Assembly: GCA_050916045.1 (NCBI GenBank)
Contig: CP051526.1
Span: 320,001-384,000, forward strand
From: Tepidisphaera sp.
Lineage (GTDB): Bacteria; Planctomycetota; Phycisphaerae; Phycisphaerales; UBA1924
Length of the DNA stretch: 64,000 nt
Direction of reading: 5' to 3'
Notes under the pieces: generated by a model
Seen by the model: the letters and a program-made list of their open reading frames with translations, nothing else
Databases searched by the model: none
What the model was told of the DNA's origin: nothing
In this document: piece by piece, positions 36,045 through 45,850 of the stretch
Layout: each line of letters begins with the position of its first letter
Position numbering within the stretch: position 1 is the first letter of the stretch
Program-made: the position numbers and the translations under genes

Positions 36045-37666
36045 GGTTGAACTCCGTTGTGGGCTTCGCTGACGCGGACGATGTCGCCGGGGTTCAGCGG
36101 CGCGAGGAAGACGGTGACGGAGAAGTGAACCGCGCGGCTGCCGTGGGACTCGACGAGCCGGCTGGAGCCGATTCGGACCTGGGAGGCGAGGGGGGATGCG
36201 TTGAGCTTTTCAAGGAGCGCGGAGACGGGGTTGGGCTGGCCCTCGGGCGCGGGCAGGATGCCCTTGATGATCAGGGTGGGCCCGTCGCTGGCGGAGAGGC
36301 CGGTGAGTTCGTGGACTTCGAGGCCGGGGATGCCGAGCCTGGAGGCGAGGGCGATGCCGGCGGCCCAGGACGGAGCGCTGCCGACGGTCGCTTCGGCGAG
36401 GGTGTCGAGTTTGCCGAGGGTTTCGCTGAGCGAATCGAGCTTGTCGCGTGCGGCGACCTTGGTGCGGACGACTTCCAGCTTTCGTTCGTTCTCGGCGACG
36501 ATGGTTCGAAGCCGTTCCACTTCGGATTTGGACCAGGAAAGATCGGCGGCGATGGCGGCGCCTGCAAAGATGGCGCCCGCGGCGGCAGCGGCCATCAGTC
36601 GGTGCCGGGCGCGTCGGGCGTCGGTCGCGGCGGGAGTCATCCCAAGGGGCATTACGGCCTGGATGCGTTCCCTGGCATGGTCCGCTTCGGTGGTCTGGAC
36701 GCTGACGGAGGTTTCGATGAGCGATGAGAGCGCGTTGGCCAGGCCCGGGATGGTCGCACCTGGTCCGGCGAGGATGAGCTCGGCGCGAGAGGACTCACCC
36801 TCGGGGAGGCCGAATCGCATGGTCTGCTTGATCTCAACGGCGAAGCGCTGCAGGGCGGGCTGGAGAAGCGGGAGCACCCGGCCGCTGTCAAGCTTGACGG
36901 CTTCGCCCACGGTCTGGCCGCGTCTGGGCATGCCATAGCGGAGGAGCATCTCCGAGGCGGCTTCAAAGTCGAGGCTACCGGTCTCGCGGGCCGCGCGGCG
37001 AAACGCGTCGACGATCAGGTCGTACCCGCCGCCCAGCAGACGCGCGAACGAGCACAGCCCGCCGGTTCCGCCGGCGAGAGATGAGCAGTGGCGGTCGAGC
37101 CAGAGGACGACGTTGGTCCGGGCATCTGCGGCGCCGAGGATCGACGCGATGGCCGAGCGCATGGCGACGGCTTTGGCGGGCAAGAGGGAATCGGGAACGG
37201 CACCGGCGGCTTTCACCAGGCCGGCGATGGCTTCGACCATGCGTGTACGCTCGCCGGCGAGCAGGAGCGTGGTGCTGGCGCTGGACTTTCCGGAGGGGAC
37301 GCGAGCGGCGGTGACCTGCGAGGGGATCGTCGAGCCGCCGAGGGACTCGCGCACGCGGAGGCCAGCGGCGGCGTTGGCTTCATTGGACGCGAGCGGGAGG
37401 GTGAGCATCTCAACCGCGGATTCGCGGCTTTCGTAGACGACCTGAACGCGCTTGCCCTTGAGGCCCGCTTGCGCGACGGCTTGGGCGACGGGAGCCATGA
37501 GAGGCGCGAAGCTGGCCTTCTGGATGTCTTCCCAGGCGGCGGGGTCGACGGGGATGAAGGTCTGAGAGCCGCGGTGGATCGCGACGATGCCCGAGGGGGA
37601 GATTTCAAGTCTTGAATGAGAACCCAAAGTGGTCTCCTGTCGCGAATCGCCGGATCCGTCGGTCAA
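36041..37666 (-). CDS. PilM-PilN fusion / GspL-like protein
   Basis: Actin-like N part (LILAGPGATIPGL), TM, coiled coil, LIIKG...LNASPL...FSVTV; TTG start uncertain. Confidence 0.7.
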   Translation of the reverse strand: MTDGSGDSRQETTLGSHSRLEISPSGIVAIHRGSQTFIPVDPAAWEDIQKASFAPLMAPVAQAVAQAGLKGKRVQVVYESRESAVEMLTLPLASNEANAAAGLRVRESLGGSTIPSQVTAARVPSGKSSASTTLLLAGERTRMVEAIAGLVKAAGAVPDSLLPAKAVAMRSAIASILGAADARTNVVLWLDRHCSSLAGGTGGLCSFARLLGGGYDLIVDAFRRAARETGSLDFEAASEMLLRYGMPRRGQTVGEAVKLDSGRVLPLLQPALQRFAVEIKQTMRFGLPEGESSRAELILAGPGATIPGLANALSSLIETSVSVQTTEADHARERIQAVMPLGMTPAATDARRARHRLMAAAAAGAIFAGAAIAADLSWSKSEVERLRTIVAENERKLEVVRTKVAARDKLDSLSETLGKLDTLAEATVGSAPSWAAGIALASRLGIPGLEVHELTGLSASDGPTLIIKGILPAPEGQPNPVSALLEKLNASPLASQVRIGSSRLVESHGSRAVHFSVTVFLAPLNPGDIVRVSEAHNGVQP

Positions 37667-37769
37667 TCCCGGTCATCGGTCCAAAGGCGGTCGCACTTGG
37701 GCTGCGTTGCGGTCCGGGAACGAGTTATTCAGGACGGGAGTGCCAGGGGAGAGCAAGACGAGTCTGCGG

Positions 37770-38159
37770 TCAGTCATCGTCGTCATCGCCGCCGCCAGAA
37801 GGGGGAGTCGCGACGTGGGTGCCGTCGAAGGTCTCGACCAGACGGGCCAGGTCAGCGTCTGCCTGGATCGTGACGGCTCCGCTGGCGAGCGGCGCGGGGG
37901 CGGCGAGGACCTCGACCTGGGCGGAGCCGATGGCCCAGGTGGATCCGGTCTGCGGCCGGGCGAGCCCCTGGGCGAACCGTTTCTGGTAGATGGTGACGAC
38001 GCCCTCGGCGGCGAAGCGAGCGCGGGTCATGAGCACCCGTTTGAGGCCGCTCTCGGACTCGTCGGCGGAGGTGTTGATGCTGCTAGTCATCATGATCATC
38101 ACCGCCATCATCATCACCATCATCATCGCCATCGCCGCCCCCCGGCGTTGTGGTTTCAT
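37770..38159 (-). CDS. PilX/GspK-like minor pilin
   Basis: RRG cleavage site then hydrophobic helix without Glu5; ARFAAEGVV. Confidence 0.65.
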   Translation of the reverse strand: MKPQRRGAAMAMMMVMMMAVMIMMTSSINTSADESESGLKRVLMTRARFAAEGVVTIYQKRFAQGLARPQTGSTWAIGSAQVEVLAAPAPLASGAVTIQADADLARLVETFDGTHVATPPSGGGDDDDD

Positions 38160-38679
38160 GGTGCCAGTCTCCGTGCCGCAGGAAAGCGGCTTGGCTGAGT
38201 TCAAAGTCCGAGGATTTGATCCGAATCACGCAGATCCACGTGCTTTCCGGGGATGCGAGCGTGCTGGTGAAGCCGTCCTGCGCGAAATAGCCGATCGAGA
38301 ACGACTCCACATCCCTGAGAAGCGGAGCGGTCACGCCCGCCAGGCTCGTGATGCTGAGCACGCCACCCGCGAACGAGATGGCGTGGTTGTCGCTCAAGCG
38401 GATCGATGTTGACGACGCCGAAAGGATGTCGAGGTCGGCGGTGCCGGGCTTCATCGGCGCGTCCCGGAGAAGATTGACGCAGCGGTCCATCGCGAACGCG
38501 ACGTTCTCGCTGACATCGCGGGCGCGGGCGGCGTTCACGTAGCTCGTGGTCGCGCTGTTGATCACCGGAAGCACGACCGCGGAGACCACGCCGATGACGG
38601 TGATGGCGCAGATGCACTCGACGAGGGTGAACCCTCGAGACGTTCCGGACGAGCGGGGATGGCGACTGGTCTTGTGCAT
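38083..38679 (-). CDS. Minor pilin (PilW/GspJ/MshO-like)
   Basis: SRG/FTLVECICAITVIG N-methylation motif. Confidence 0.85.
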   Translation of the reverse strand: MHKTSRHPRSSGTSRGFTLVECICAITVIGVVSAVVLPVINSATTSYVNAARARDVSENVAFAMDRCVNLLRDAPMKPGTADLDILSASSTSIRLSDNHAISFAGGVLSITSLAGVTAPLLRDVESFSIGYFAQDGFTSTLASPESTWICVIRIKSSDFELSQAAFLRHGDWHHETTTPGGGDGDDDGDDDGGDDHDD

Positions 38680-38698
38680 CCGGTTCTGCGGCGAGTGG

Positions 38699-39169
38699 TC
38701 AGGGGGCGGCGATGACGGTGGTGAAAGGGACAGAGCGAGTGACGCCCCACGCGTCGACGTAGGTGATGGTGACGGTGACGGTGCGGAAGACATCCAGGCT
38801 CGCGGTGCCTGAAGCGGTCAGCGAGGAGCTGACCTTGCCGCTTATCTGGACGTCGTAGGAGATGCCGCCGACGACGAGCACGGAGGAGACGGGGGAAAGC
38901 CGGCTTCGCAAGCCCGTGGTCGCGTCGTCGAGGTACGCGGGGACGTCCGATCCGATGTCGGCGGTGAGGGAGTCGCTCTGGATCTGGTTGAGCACGGAGG
39001 AAGCGAGGGTGGTGACGCGGATGAGCTGGATGGCGTCCGCGCGACGATTGACGGATTCGACCATCCCCATCACGGTGGGGGGAACGGAGATGGCGAGCAC
39101 GAGCACCACGGCGACCGCTTCGATCAGCGTCACGCCGCGTCGGAGACGGGATGGGCGTGCGAAGTTCAT
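38699..39169 (-). CDS. Minor pilin (PilV/GspI/MshD-like)
   Basis: RRG/VTLIEAVAVVLVLAI; C-terminal RTVTVTITY. Confidence 0.85.
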   Translation of the reverse strand: MNFARPSRLRRGVTLIEAVAVVLVLAISVPPTVMGMVESVNRRADAIQLIRVTTLASSVLNQIQSDSLTADIGSDVPAYLDDATTGLRSRLSPVSSVLVVGGISYDVQISGKVSSSLTASGTASLDVFRTVTVTITYVDAWGVTRSVPFTTVIAAP

Positions 39170-39690
39170 TCGATAGCTCCAGAGACGCGGCGGACGGTGA
39201 CGACGGTGCCGCCGGAGAGGGTGATGGTGCCGTCGGAGGTCCAGGCGGGCTGGGCCGCGCCGGCTTGGGTTCGAGAGTGCGGGGTGCCGTCGGTCGCGAA
39301 CCAGAACGTGACGGCTCCCTCGTCTCCGAGGCCGGTGCGTGCTTGCGTGAGGGTCACGCGGCCGAACTGCGAGGCGATGTCGAGCGTGGGCCGAGCTTCG
39401 CCGAGCGGGCTTTTGAGGACGGAGGGAGCGGCGCCGACCTCGTCGATCTGGACGAGGGTGATCAAGGAATTCTGCGAGCATGCCAGGCCGGTGGGCCTTC
39501 CCGAAGCCATCGCGGTGAGGCGGACGGTCTGGAGCAGGCTTCGGATCTCCTGAGCGGCGGCCGCTTCGCGGGAGGCGGAGAGGGTTCGGAAGGCGGGAGC
39601 CGTCGAGACGGCGAGGATTCCGACCAGGACGATGGCGAGAACCATCTCGATGAGCGTGAAGGCGCGGGAATGAAGGATGGCCGGTCGCAT
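39166..39690 (-). CDS. Minor pilin (FimT/GspH/MshC-like)
   Basis: SRA/FTLIEMVLAIVLVGIL; FATDGTP; VRRVSGAIE. Confidence 0.85.
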   Translation of the reverse strand: MRPAILHSRAFTLIEMVLAIVLVGILAVSTAPAFRTLSASREAAAAQEIRSLLQTVRLTAMASGRPTGLACSQNSLITLVQIDEVGAAPSVLKSPLGEARPTLDIASQFGRVTLTQARTGLGDEGAVTFWFATDGTPHSRTQAGAAQPAWTSDGTITLSGGTVVTVRRVSGAIE

Positions 39691-40160
39691 CAGAGCTCGC
39701 TCGCCTTCCTGGCGTCTCCGTTGGAATCCGTGACGGTGGTGAGGGTTTCGCAGTTCGAGTAGAAGACCGCGACGGGCGGTGTCGCGGCGTTGTCGACGTA
39801 GTAGTTCCATCCGTACTGGGCGGGGTTGGTCACCTGGCGGAGGGCGGCGGCATTGGCGGTGACGAGCTGAACGCCCGGAACGCCGGAGAAGGGGTTGGCG
39901 GGAACCTCGTTCTCGGTCACGGTGCCGAGGGTGGTGAGCTCCGCGTGCGTCGGGTAAGGAGACCCACCGGCGAGGACGCGTGCGGTGCGGAATGCGGCGA
40001 TGGAGGCGCGGACGCTGGCGAGGGTCGCCTGCGAAGCGGAGGTCCGGGCTTCGTCGGTGACGTTGCCGAACCGGGGCACGACGATGGCGGCGAGGATGCC
40101 GATGACGATGATGACGACGGCGACCTCGATGAAGGTGAATGCTCGGCGAAGGTCGTTCAT
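39690..40160 (-). CDS. Major pilin/pseudopilin (MshA/GspG-like)
   Basis: RRA/FTFIEVAVVIIVIGILAAIVVPRF; PANPF, GWNY. Confidence 0.9.
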   Translation of the reverse strand: MNDLRRAFTFIEVAVVIIVIGILAAIVVPRFGNVTDEARTSASQATLASVRASIAAFRTARVLAGGSPYPTHAELTTLGTVTENEVPANPFSGVPGVQLVTANAAALRQVTNPAQYGWNYYVDNAATPPVAVFYSNCETLTTVTDSNGDARKASEL

Positions 40161-40175
40161 GGGGTCTCCGGGAGG

Positions 40176-41378
40176 TTACCTGACCTTGATCATGGCCCAC
40201 ATGGGGAGGAAGACGGCGAGGGCGACGACGAGGACGATGGCGGCGAGAATGACGGTGAGCAGCGGTTCGATGACCGTGTTGATGTTCTTCATCAGGTGGA
40301 CGGCGTTGCGCTCGTAGTGTCGTCCGACGATCTCGCAGGACTTGCCGAGTTCGCGAGAGTCCTTGCCGGCGGCGATCATGCGGCGAGCGAAGCTTGGAAT
40401 GTAAGGGCTGCCGCTCAGTACCTCGCCGAGACTGGCGCCGCCGCGGAGGCGTTCTGCCATCACGCGGGTCTGGGCCTGGAAGGCGCGTGACCCGGCGGCT
40501 CGTCCGCTGACCTCGATGCACTCGATGACGTCCAGGCCGGAGTTGAGGCCGATGGCCATGATGCTCGAGAACCGTGAGACCGAGTCGGCGAGCAGGATCG
40601 CGCCGATGTAGGGAAGACGAAGCAGCAGGGACTCGAGCTTGAGGCGCCCGGGCTCGGAGCGCCAGGCCACTGTGAGACCGACGGTTGTCGACAGGATCCC
40701 GGCAAGATAGATGTACCAGTAGCCTGTGACCGAGGCGGCCACGGCCTGGACGATTTTGGTGATGACGGGAAGCTGGATGCCCTGGGCGGCGAATGTCGAG
40801 GCGAACCGAGGGACGACGAATGCGAAGATGATCGCGACGGCGATCGAGATGACCGCGACGACGATGATTGGGTATGTCAGCGCGCGTTTGAGCATCTGGC
40901 GCGTCTCGGCCTGCCTCTCAAGCAGGTCGGCGAGGTGGGCGACGACGCCGGCAAGATTGCCAGAGCATTCGGCGGCGCGGATGGTCTCGAGATAGACCTC
41001 GCCGAATTCCGCGCGGTGCTGGCCCATGGCTTCGGTCAGGGGCATGCCGGCCTCGACGGCGACGGCGATCTGGCGGGCGATGGAGGCCATCGCGGGCTTC
41101 TCGTTGTGCTCGGCCATGCTGGCCAGGCCGCGGGCGAGCGGGATCTTGGCCTCCAGGAGGACACCAAGCTCGCGCGTGAAGCCGGCGATGTCGCTCGAGC
41201 CGACCCGGCCAACCGAGAAGAGCGCGGCTTGCAGTCGCTTCTCGCGGATGCGGAAGGGGGTGAGGCCGCGTGCGACGACCTTGCGGTAGGCGTCCTGTTC
41301 GCTGGCGGCTTCGACGATTCCCGTCGAGGAGACGCCTTCTCCGCTGACTGCGGCGTACTCGTAGCGGATGTCGCTCAT
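40176..41378 (-). CDS. Type IV pilus/T2SS inner-membrane platform protein (PilC/GspF/MshG)
   Basis: FTRELGVLL, AAECSGNL, ALTYP, FVVPRF, IEPLLTV, VFLPMW. Confidence 0.93.
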   Translation of the reverse strand: MSDIRYEYAAVSGEGVSSTGIVEAASEQDAYRKVVARGLTPFRIREKRLQAALFSVGRVGSSDIAGFTRELGVLLEAKIPLARGLASMAEHNEKPAMASIARQIAVAVEAGMPLTEAMGQHRAEFGEVYLETIRAAECSGNLAGVVAHLADLLERQAETRQMLKRALTYPIIVVAVISIAVAIIFAFVVPRFASTFAAQGIQLPVITKIVQAVAASVTGYWYIYLAGILSTTVGLTVAWRSEPGRLKLESLLLRLPYIGAILLADSVSRFSSIMAIGLNSGLDVIECIEVSGRAAGSRAFQAQTRVMAERLRGGASLGEVLSGSPYIPSFARRMIAAGKDSRELGKSCEIVGRHYERNAVHLMKNINTVIEPLLTVILAAIVLVVALAVFLPMWAMIKVR

Positions 41379-43060
41379 GCCGCTCTCCTGGCTTCCCAGG
41401 CGGCGTCGTGCGACGCGACGAGTCCGGCGACCTCTTCGACGGTGGTCTGTCCGCGGACGGCCTTGAGCACGCCGTCCTCGACCATGGTGCGCATGCCCTC
41501 GAGACGGGCCTGGGCGAGGAGCGCGGAGGTGGTCGCGTTCTCCTCGATGAGCGTGCGGATGCTGGGCAGAACGCGGAACATCTCGTAGACGCCGAGTCGA
41601 CCGTGGTACCCTGTGGAGCGGCAGCTTGCGCAGCCCGCGCCGCGCTTGAGGCCACCGAGAGAGGAGGGGTCGATGCCGATGCGGCGGAGGAGCGAGATGT
41701 CGGGCTGATCCGGTCGGGCGCAGTGCTCGCAGACGCGTCGGACGAGGCGCTGGGCGATCACGCAGAGCAGCGAGCTGTTGATCGCGAAGTTCTGAACCCC
41801 GAAGTCCTTGAGGCGGGTGATGGAGCTGACCGAGTCGTTGGTGTGAAGGGTGCTGAAGACAAGGTGGCCGGTGAGAGCGGCCTGAACGCCGATGCGGGCG
41901 GTCTCGTCGTCGCGGATCTCGCCGACGAGGACCACGTCGGGGTCCTGCCGCAGGATGGAGCGGAGGGCCGAAGCGAAGGAGAGGCCGATGTCGGTGTTGA
42001 CCTGCACCTGCCGCACGAGGGGCAGGCGGATCTCCACCGGGTCCTCGATGGTCATGATGTTGAGGTCGGGGGAGTTGATGTGGGCGAGCGCGGTGTAGAG
42101 GGTGGTGGTCTTGCCCGAGCCCGTGGGCCCGGTCACGAGGATCATGCCATGGGGTTTGGCGATGGCTTCCTCGTACCACGCGGTCATATCCGGCGGCATT
42201 TCGAGGTCGCGCAGGCTTCCGATCCTGTTGGCGGAGCGAAGGAGACGCATCACGACGTTCTCGCCGTGGATGGTGGGGATGACGGAGAGGCGGATGTCGA
42301 CGGCCTGATCGCGGTGGGTGAATCGGAACTTGCCGTCCTGCGGCTTGCGGGTTTGCGTGAGATCGAGCCGGGCCAGGACCTTGAGTCGCTGGACGATGGC
42401 GGTGTGAGCGTTCTTGGCGGGGCCCTGCTGAGGGAGAAGGACGCCGTCGACGCGGTAGCGAAGGCGGATCTCCTGCTCGTCGGGGTTGATGTGGATGTCG
42501 CTTGCGGCGCAGTCGATGGCGCCCATGAGGATCTGGTTGACAGCGATGACGATGGGCTCATCGCCGGTGGCGAGATCTTCCTCGTTGTCGGACTGCTTGG
42601 CGTTGCTCGCGGTGGACTGGGTGCCAGCGAGGCCGTAGGCGCGGGCGATGAGGCCGCGGAGCTGCTCCGCGTCGCAGATCAACGGCTCGATGTCCATCCG
42701 AAGAATCTGTCGGAGCTGGTCGATGGCGGAGAGGTTGAGGCTGTCGAGCATCCCGACCGTCGCGACGCCGTCGATGACGAAGAGGGGGAACGCGGTCAGA
42801 CGCTCGAGCACGGTGCGGGGAGCGAGGGCGGTGTTGGCGAAGTCGATCTCGTAGTGCGAGAGGTCGATGAAAGGGCACTCGCAGACCTTGGCCCGTTCGA
42901 TCGCGATCCGTCGGGTTCCGACGATTCCGAGCTCGACGAGGGATTCGGAGATGTCCCAGCCGTGGGAAGCGGCGTGCTCGCGGGCGCGGGTGACGTCCTG
43001 CTCGGTCAGAGCTTTCTCCTGGCGCAGGGCCCGCACCACATATTGACTTGAGTCCATCAT
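41375..43060 (-). CDS. Type IV pilus/T2SS assembly ATPase (PilB/GspE/MshE)
   Basis: ASDIHI, RYRVDG, PQDG, Walker A GPTGSGKTT, TIEDPVE, LRQDPDVVLVGEIRD, TGHLVFSTLHTN, CEHC/CASC. Confidence 0.96.
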   Translation of the reverse strand: MMDSSQYVVRALRQEKALTEQDVTRAREHAASHGWDISESLVELGIVGTRRIAIERAKVCECPFIDLSHYEIDFANTALAPRTVLERLTAFPLFVIDGVATVGMLDSLNLSAIDQLRQILRMDIEPLICDAEQLRGLIARAYGLAGTQSTASNAKQSDNEEDLATGDEPIVIAVNQILMGAIDCAASDIHINPDEQEIRLRYRVDGVLLPQQGPAKNAHTAIVQRLKVLARLDLTQTRKPQDGKFRFTHRDQAVDIRLSVIPTIHGENVVMRLLRSANRIGSLRDLEMPPDMTAWYEEAIAKPHGMILVTGPTGSGKTTTLYTALAHINSPDLNIMTIEDPVEIRLPLVRQVQVNTDIGLSFASALRSILRQDPDVVLVGEIRDDETARIGVQAALTGHLVFSTLHTNDSVSSITRLKDFGVQNFAINSSLLCVIAQRLVRRVCEHCARPDQPDISLLRRIGIDPSSLGGLKRGAGCASCRSTGYHGRLGVYEMFRVLPSIRTLIEENATTSALLAQARLEGMRTMVEDGVLKAVRGQTTVEEVAGLVASHDAAWEARRAA

Positions 43061-43084
43061 GCTTGGTGTCCGTTGCGGTGTGGC

Positions 43085-43483
43085 CTAGGCGATCTCTCCG
43101 AGCGCGGCGAGGAGAACGGCGAGCTGGTCGCGAGCGGCGGCTGACATCTCGCGGAAAGTCACGCCGATCAGGTACATGGGGCGTCGATCGGTCATGACGA
43201 CGCGTGTGACGGTGCCCTCGCATTCGAACGCGAGGGCTTCACTTTGGGGGAGGAACAGCTTGCAATTGAGGACGGCCCGCTTGGGCACGAAGACGTGGGA
43301 AAGCAGGCCGAGGCCGCCGGCGGAGAGGTCGACGACATCGGCTTCGATGACGCCGTCACGAAGACCGGAGTTTCGCGCCAGGCGGATCGCCGAAGCGTGA
43401 CTCTCAGCGATGGTGAACCGTCCGCGCAGCGCGACATCGTGCCGCTGCGCTTGGCGTACCGCGAGTTGGTCCATCCCAGACAT
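43085..43483 (-). CDS. PilZ domain protein
   Basis: RQAQR (RxxxR) and DLSAGG (DxSxGG), GVTF. Confidence 0.85.
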   Translation of the reverse strand: MSGMDQLAVRQAQRHDVALRGRFTIAESHASAIRLARNSGLRDGVIEADVVDLSAGGLGLLSHVFVPKRAVLNCKLFLPQSEALAFECEGTVTRVVMTDRRPMYLIGVTFREMSAAARDQLAVLLAALGEIA

Positions 43484-43684
43484 GCGCGTGCTCCCGTCCC
43501 GGATTTCCGGCGCCCCACACCCAATCCCCGGACGGATTCGTCCACAGCGGGTATCGGAACCGAGATTGCGCGAGTTGAGGTTTGGAACGCAGAAACCGAC
43601 CGAGCGGCCAGAATCCGTGATTTCCCCGGGGGGGTCGTCCGGCTTGCATGTTCGAAATCTGCGCGAAGGGGACGTCCTTTGGCG

Positions 43685-44584
43685 TTACAGGACGTCGCCG
43701 AGCCGTCCGCCGTGCGCCGCGAGCAAGGCTTCGGCGGCGGGTCTGTCGAGGGCCCGGCGGTGCATCACGATCGCGGTTTTCGCGACGCCGCCGGCTTGTT
43801 CGAGCAGGGCGAAGCTGTGGTCGCGCGAGAGGCCGGTGAGTGTCGAGATGACCCGTGCGGCGCGGTCGCGGAGCTTGGCGTTGCTGGCTCGCAGGTCGAC
43901 CATCAGGTTCTCGTAGACGCGGCCGGAGCGGACCATAAGCGTGGTTGAGATCGTGTTGAGGATGAGCTTGGTCGCGGTGCCGGCTTTCATGCGCGTGGAG
44001 CCGGTCAGGACCTCGGGGCCGGTGGGCGCGACGATCAGGTGGTCGCAGCCGGGCGGAGCCTCAACCGGCGAGCAGGAGAGCAAGCCTGTGACGACGGGCG
44101 CGACGGACTTGGCGAAGGCGAGGGCGCCTGTCGCGTACGGCGTGGTGCCGCCGGCCGCGATGGCGAGGACGGCGTCGCGGCCGGTGAGGTTCAGAGCGGC
44201 GAGGGCGGGGTGTGCGCCGTCGGCTTCGTCCTCGCGGCCCTCGCTTGACTTTCGCAGGGCCGTATCGCCGCCGGCGATGATGCCGATGATCCGGCCTTCC
44301 TCAAGACAGAACGTGGGGGGAGCTTCGGACGCGTCGAGGACGCCGAGACGGCCGCTGGTGCCGGCTCCGAGGTAGACGAGGCGTCCGCCGGCGAGGAAGC
44401 CCGGCTCCGCAGCTTGGATGAACGCGGTGATGGCGGGTGCGGCGGCGCGGGCGGCTTCGAGGGCTCCGGCGTCTTCGCGCTGGATGGTGTTCACGCAGTC
44501 GGCGACGCTGAGTGCGTGCAGATTCATCGTGCGCGGGTTGCGCTGTTCGGTGAGGATGTGCGCGCGATCGGGGGGGAGTGCCAC
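43685..44584 (-). CDS. murQ: N-acetylmuramic acid 6-phosphate etherase
   Basis: TEQRNP, GAGTSGRLGVLDASE, GPEVLTGSTRMKAGTATK, VYENLMVD. Confidence 0.96.
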   Translation of the reverse strand: MALPPDRAHILTEQRNPRTMNLHALSVADCVNTIQREDAGALEAARAAAPAITAFIQAAEPGFLAGGRLVYLGAGTSGRLGVLDASEAPPTFCLEEGRIIGIIAGGDTALRKSSEGREDEADGAHPALAALNLTGRDAVLAIAAGGTTPYATGALAFAKSVAPVVTGLLSCSPVEAPPGCDHLIVAPTGPEVLTGSTRMKAGTATKLILNTISTTLMVRSGRVYENLMVDLRASNAKLRDRAARVISTLTGLSRDHSFALLEQAGGVAKTAIVMHRRALDRPAAEALLAAHGGRLGDVL

Positions 44585-44592
44585 GGGCGACT

Positions 44593-45678
44593 TTAGGGGA
44601 TGAGCCACGCGCCGGAGATGGGCGCGGGAGACGGGCAGCCGGTGATGTGCGGAAGCGTGATCGGGACGCGGTCCTGGCAGAGAGCGCCGAGCACGGCGAA
44701 GCAGTCGGCTTCGCGGGAATCGCCGCCGGGCAGGGGGCGGACGGGCCCGGGCGCGGCGGACGCGAGAGCGGAGGCCAGGGCTTTGTTGCGGGCGCCGCCG
44801 CCGGCGATGAAGATCGCGCCGGGAACGCCCGGGAGCTGGGCGAGGTGCTGGCCGATCGTCTCCGCGATGGCGATGCACGCGGTGTGGAGGAGGTCGGGAG
44901 CGGGGACTTGGTGCCGGAATCGTGAAAGCCAGTCGGTCAGCTCATCGCCGGTGCCGAGCGAGCGGCCGGGCTTGCGCCGGGCTTGCATGATGCCCAGGAG
45001 GTCCTCCAAAGCTTCGTCATGGACCGTTCCCGACGCGGCTTGGGCACCGTCTTCGTCGTAGGGCGTGCGGAGGAGCGACCGAGCGGCGGCGTCGAGGAGC
45101 TGGTTGCACGCACAGACATCCCCGCCGCGAATGCTTGAGAGGTCGGTCCCCGCGGGAAGCGTGGTGACGTTGCAGAACCCGCCGAGATTCACGATGTCGA
45201 GGCGGTCGGCGTCGCCGATCAGGTGGCGGTAGAGGATCCAGTCGGCAAGGGGCGTGATCGGGGCTCCTTGCCCGCCCGCGGCGAGGTCGGCGGCTCGAAG
45301 GTCGTAGACGACGGGACACTTGACGGCGCGGGCGACCGGGGCGGGCTGGAACAGTTGCCAGGAGAGCGGCGGCTTGTGAAAGACCGTCTGGCCGTGGACA
45401 CACACCAAGCTCGGCTTGTCCCCGGCGAGAAGCTCGAGGATCGCAAGGGCGTGAAGCTCGGCGAACTCGTGCATGACGCGTGCGATCTCGCCGGCGGTCG
45501 CGGGCACTTGCTCAGCGAGCGATCGGAGCGGTGCGGCGAGCGCGCCCAGCGGCTTTGAGAGCGTCCGGATCGGCTTGGCCGACATCGCCAAGCCCTCGCC
45601 AGTGATCTCCACAAGCGAGACGTCGAGCCCGTCAAGGCTGGTGCCGGTCATGCATCCGACAGCGAGGCGGGTGGGCAT
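44593..45678 (-). CDS. anmK: Anhydro-N-acetylmuramic acid kinase
   Basis: GCMTGTSLDGLD, HGQTVFH, DLRAADLAAGGQGAP, NLGG, GGGARN, REA. Confidence 0.94.
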   Translation of the reverse strand: MPTRLAVGCMTGTSLDGLDVSLVEITGEGLAMSAKPIRTLSKPLGALAAPLRSLAEQVPATAGEIARVMHEFAELHALAILELLAGDKPSLVCVHGQTVFHKPPLSWQLFQPAPVARAVKCPVVYDLRAADLAAGGQGAPITPLADWILYRHLIGDADRLDIVNLGGFCNVTTLPAGTDLSSIRGGDVCACNQLLDAAARSLLRTPYDEDGAQAASGTVHDEALEDLLGIMQARRKPGRSLGTGDELTDWLSRFRHQVPAPDLLHTACIAIAETIGQHLAQLPGVPGAIFIAGGGARNKALASALASAAPGPVRPLPGGDSREADCFAVLGALCQDRVPITLPHITGCPSPAPISGAWLIP

Positions 45679-45774
45679 CCAGACGCTCCAGAGGGAAACA
45701 TCCTAGCGCAAAAAACAACATCACTCCTTCAAAACTGCTCGAGAAGGACATAAGCGGTACAAAAAGCAACGCCG

Positions 45775-45819
45775 ACTTTGGACCAAAGTGCTTGACAGGG
45801 GAATGCCGATCAGTAGACT
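45775..45819 (+). promoter_or_regulatory. sigma70 promoter with adjacent palindrome
   Basis: TTGACA(45792)-N16-TAGACT(45814); inverted repeat ACTTTG-gac-CAAAGT at 45775..45789. Confidence 0.6.
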
Positions 45820-45850
45820 GGAAAATTGGGCATACCTGGGAGGTTATCCG

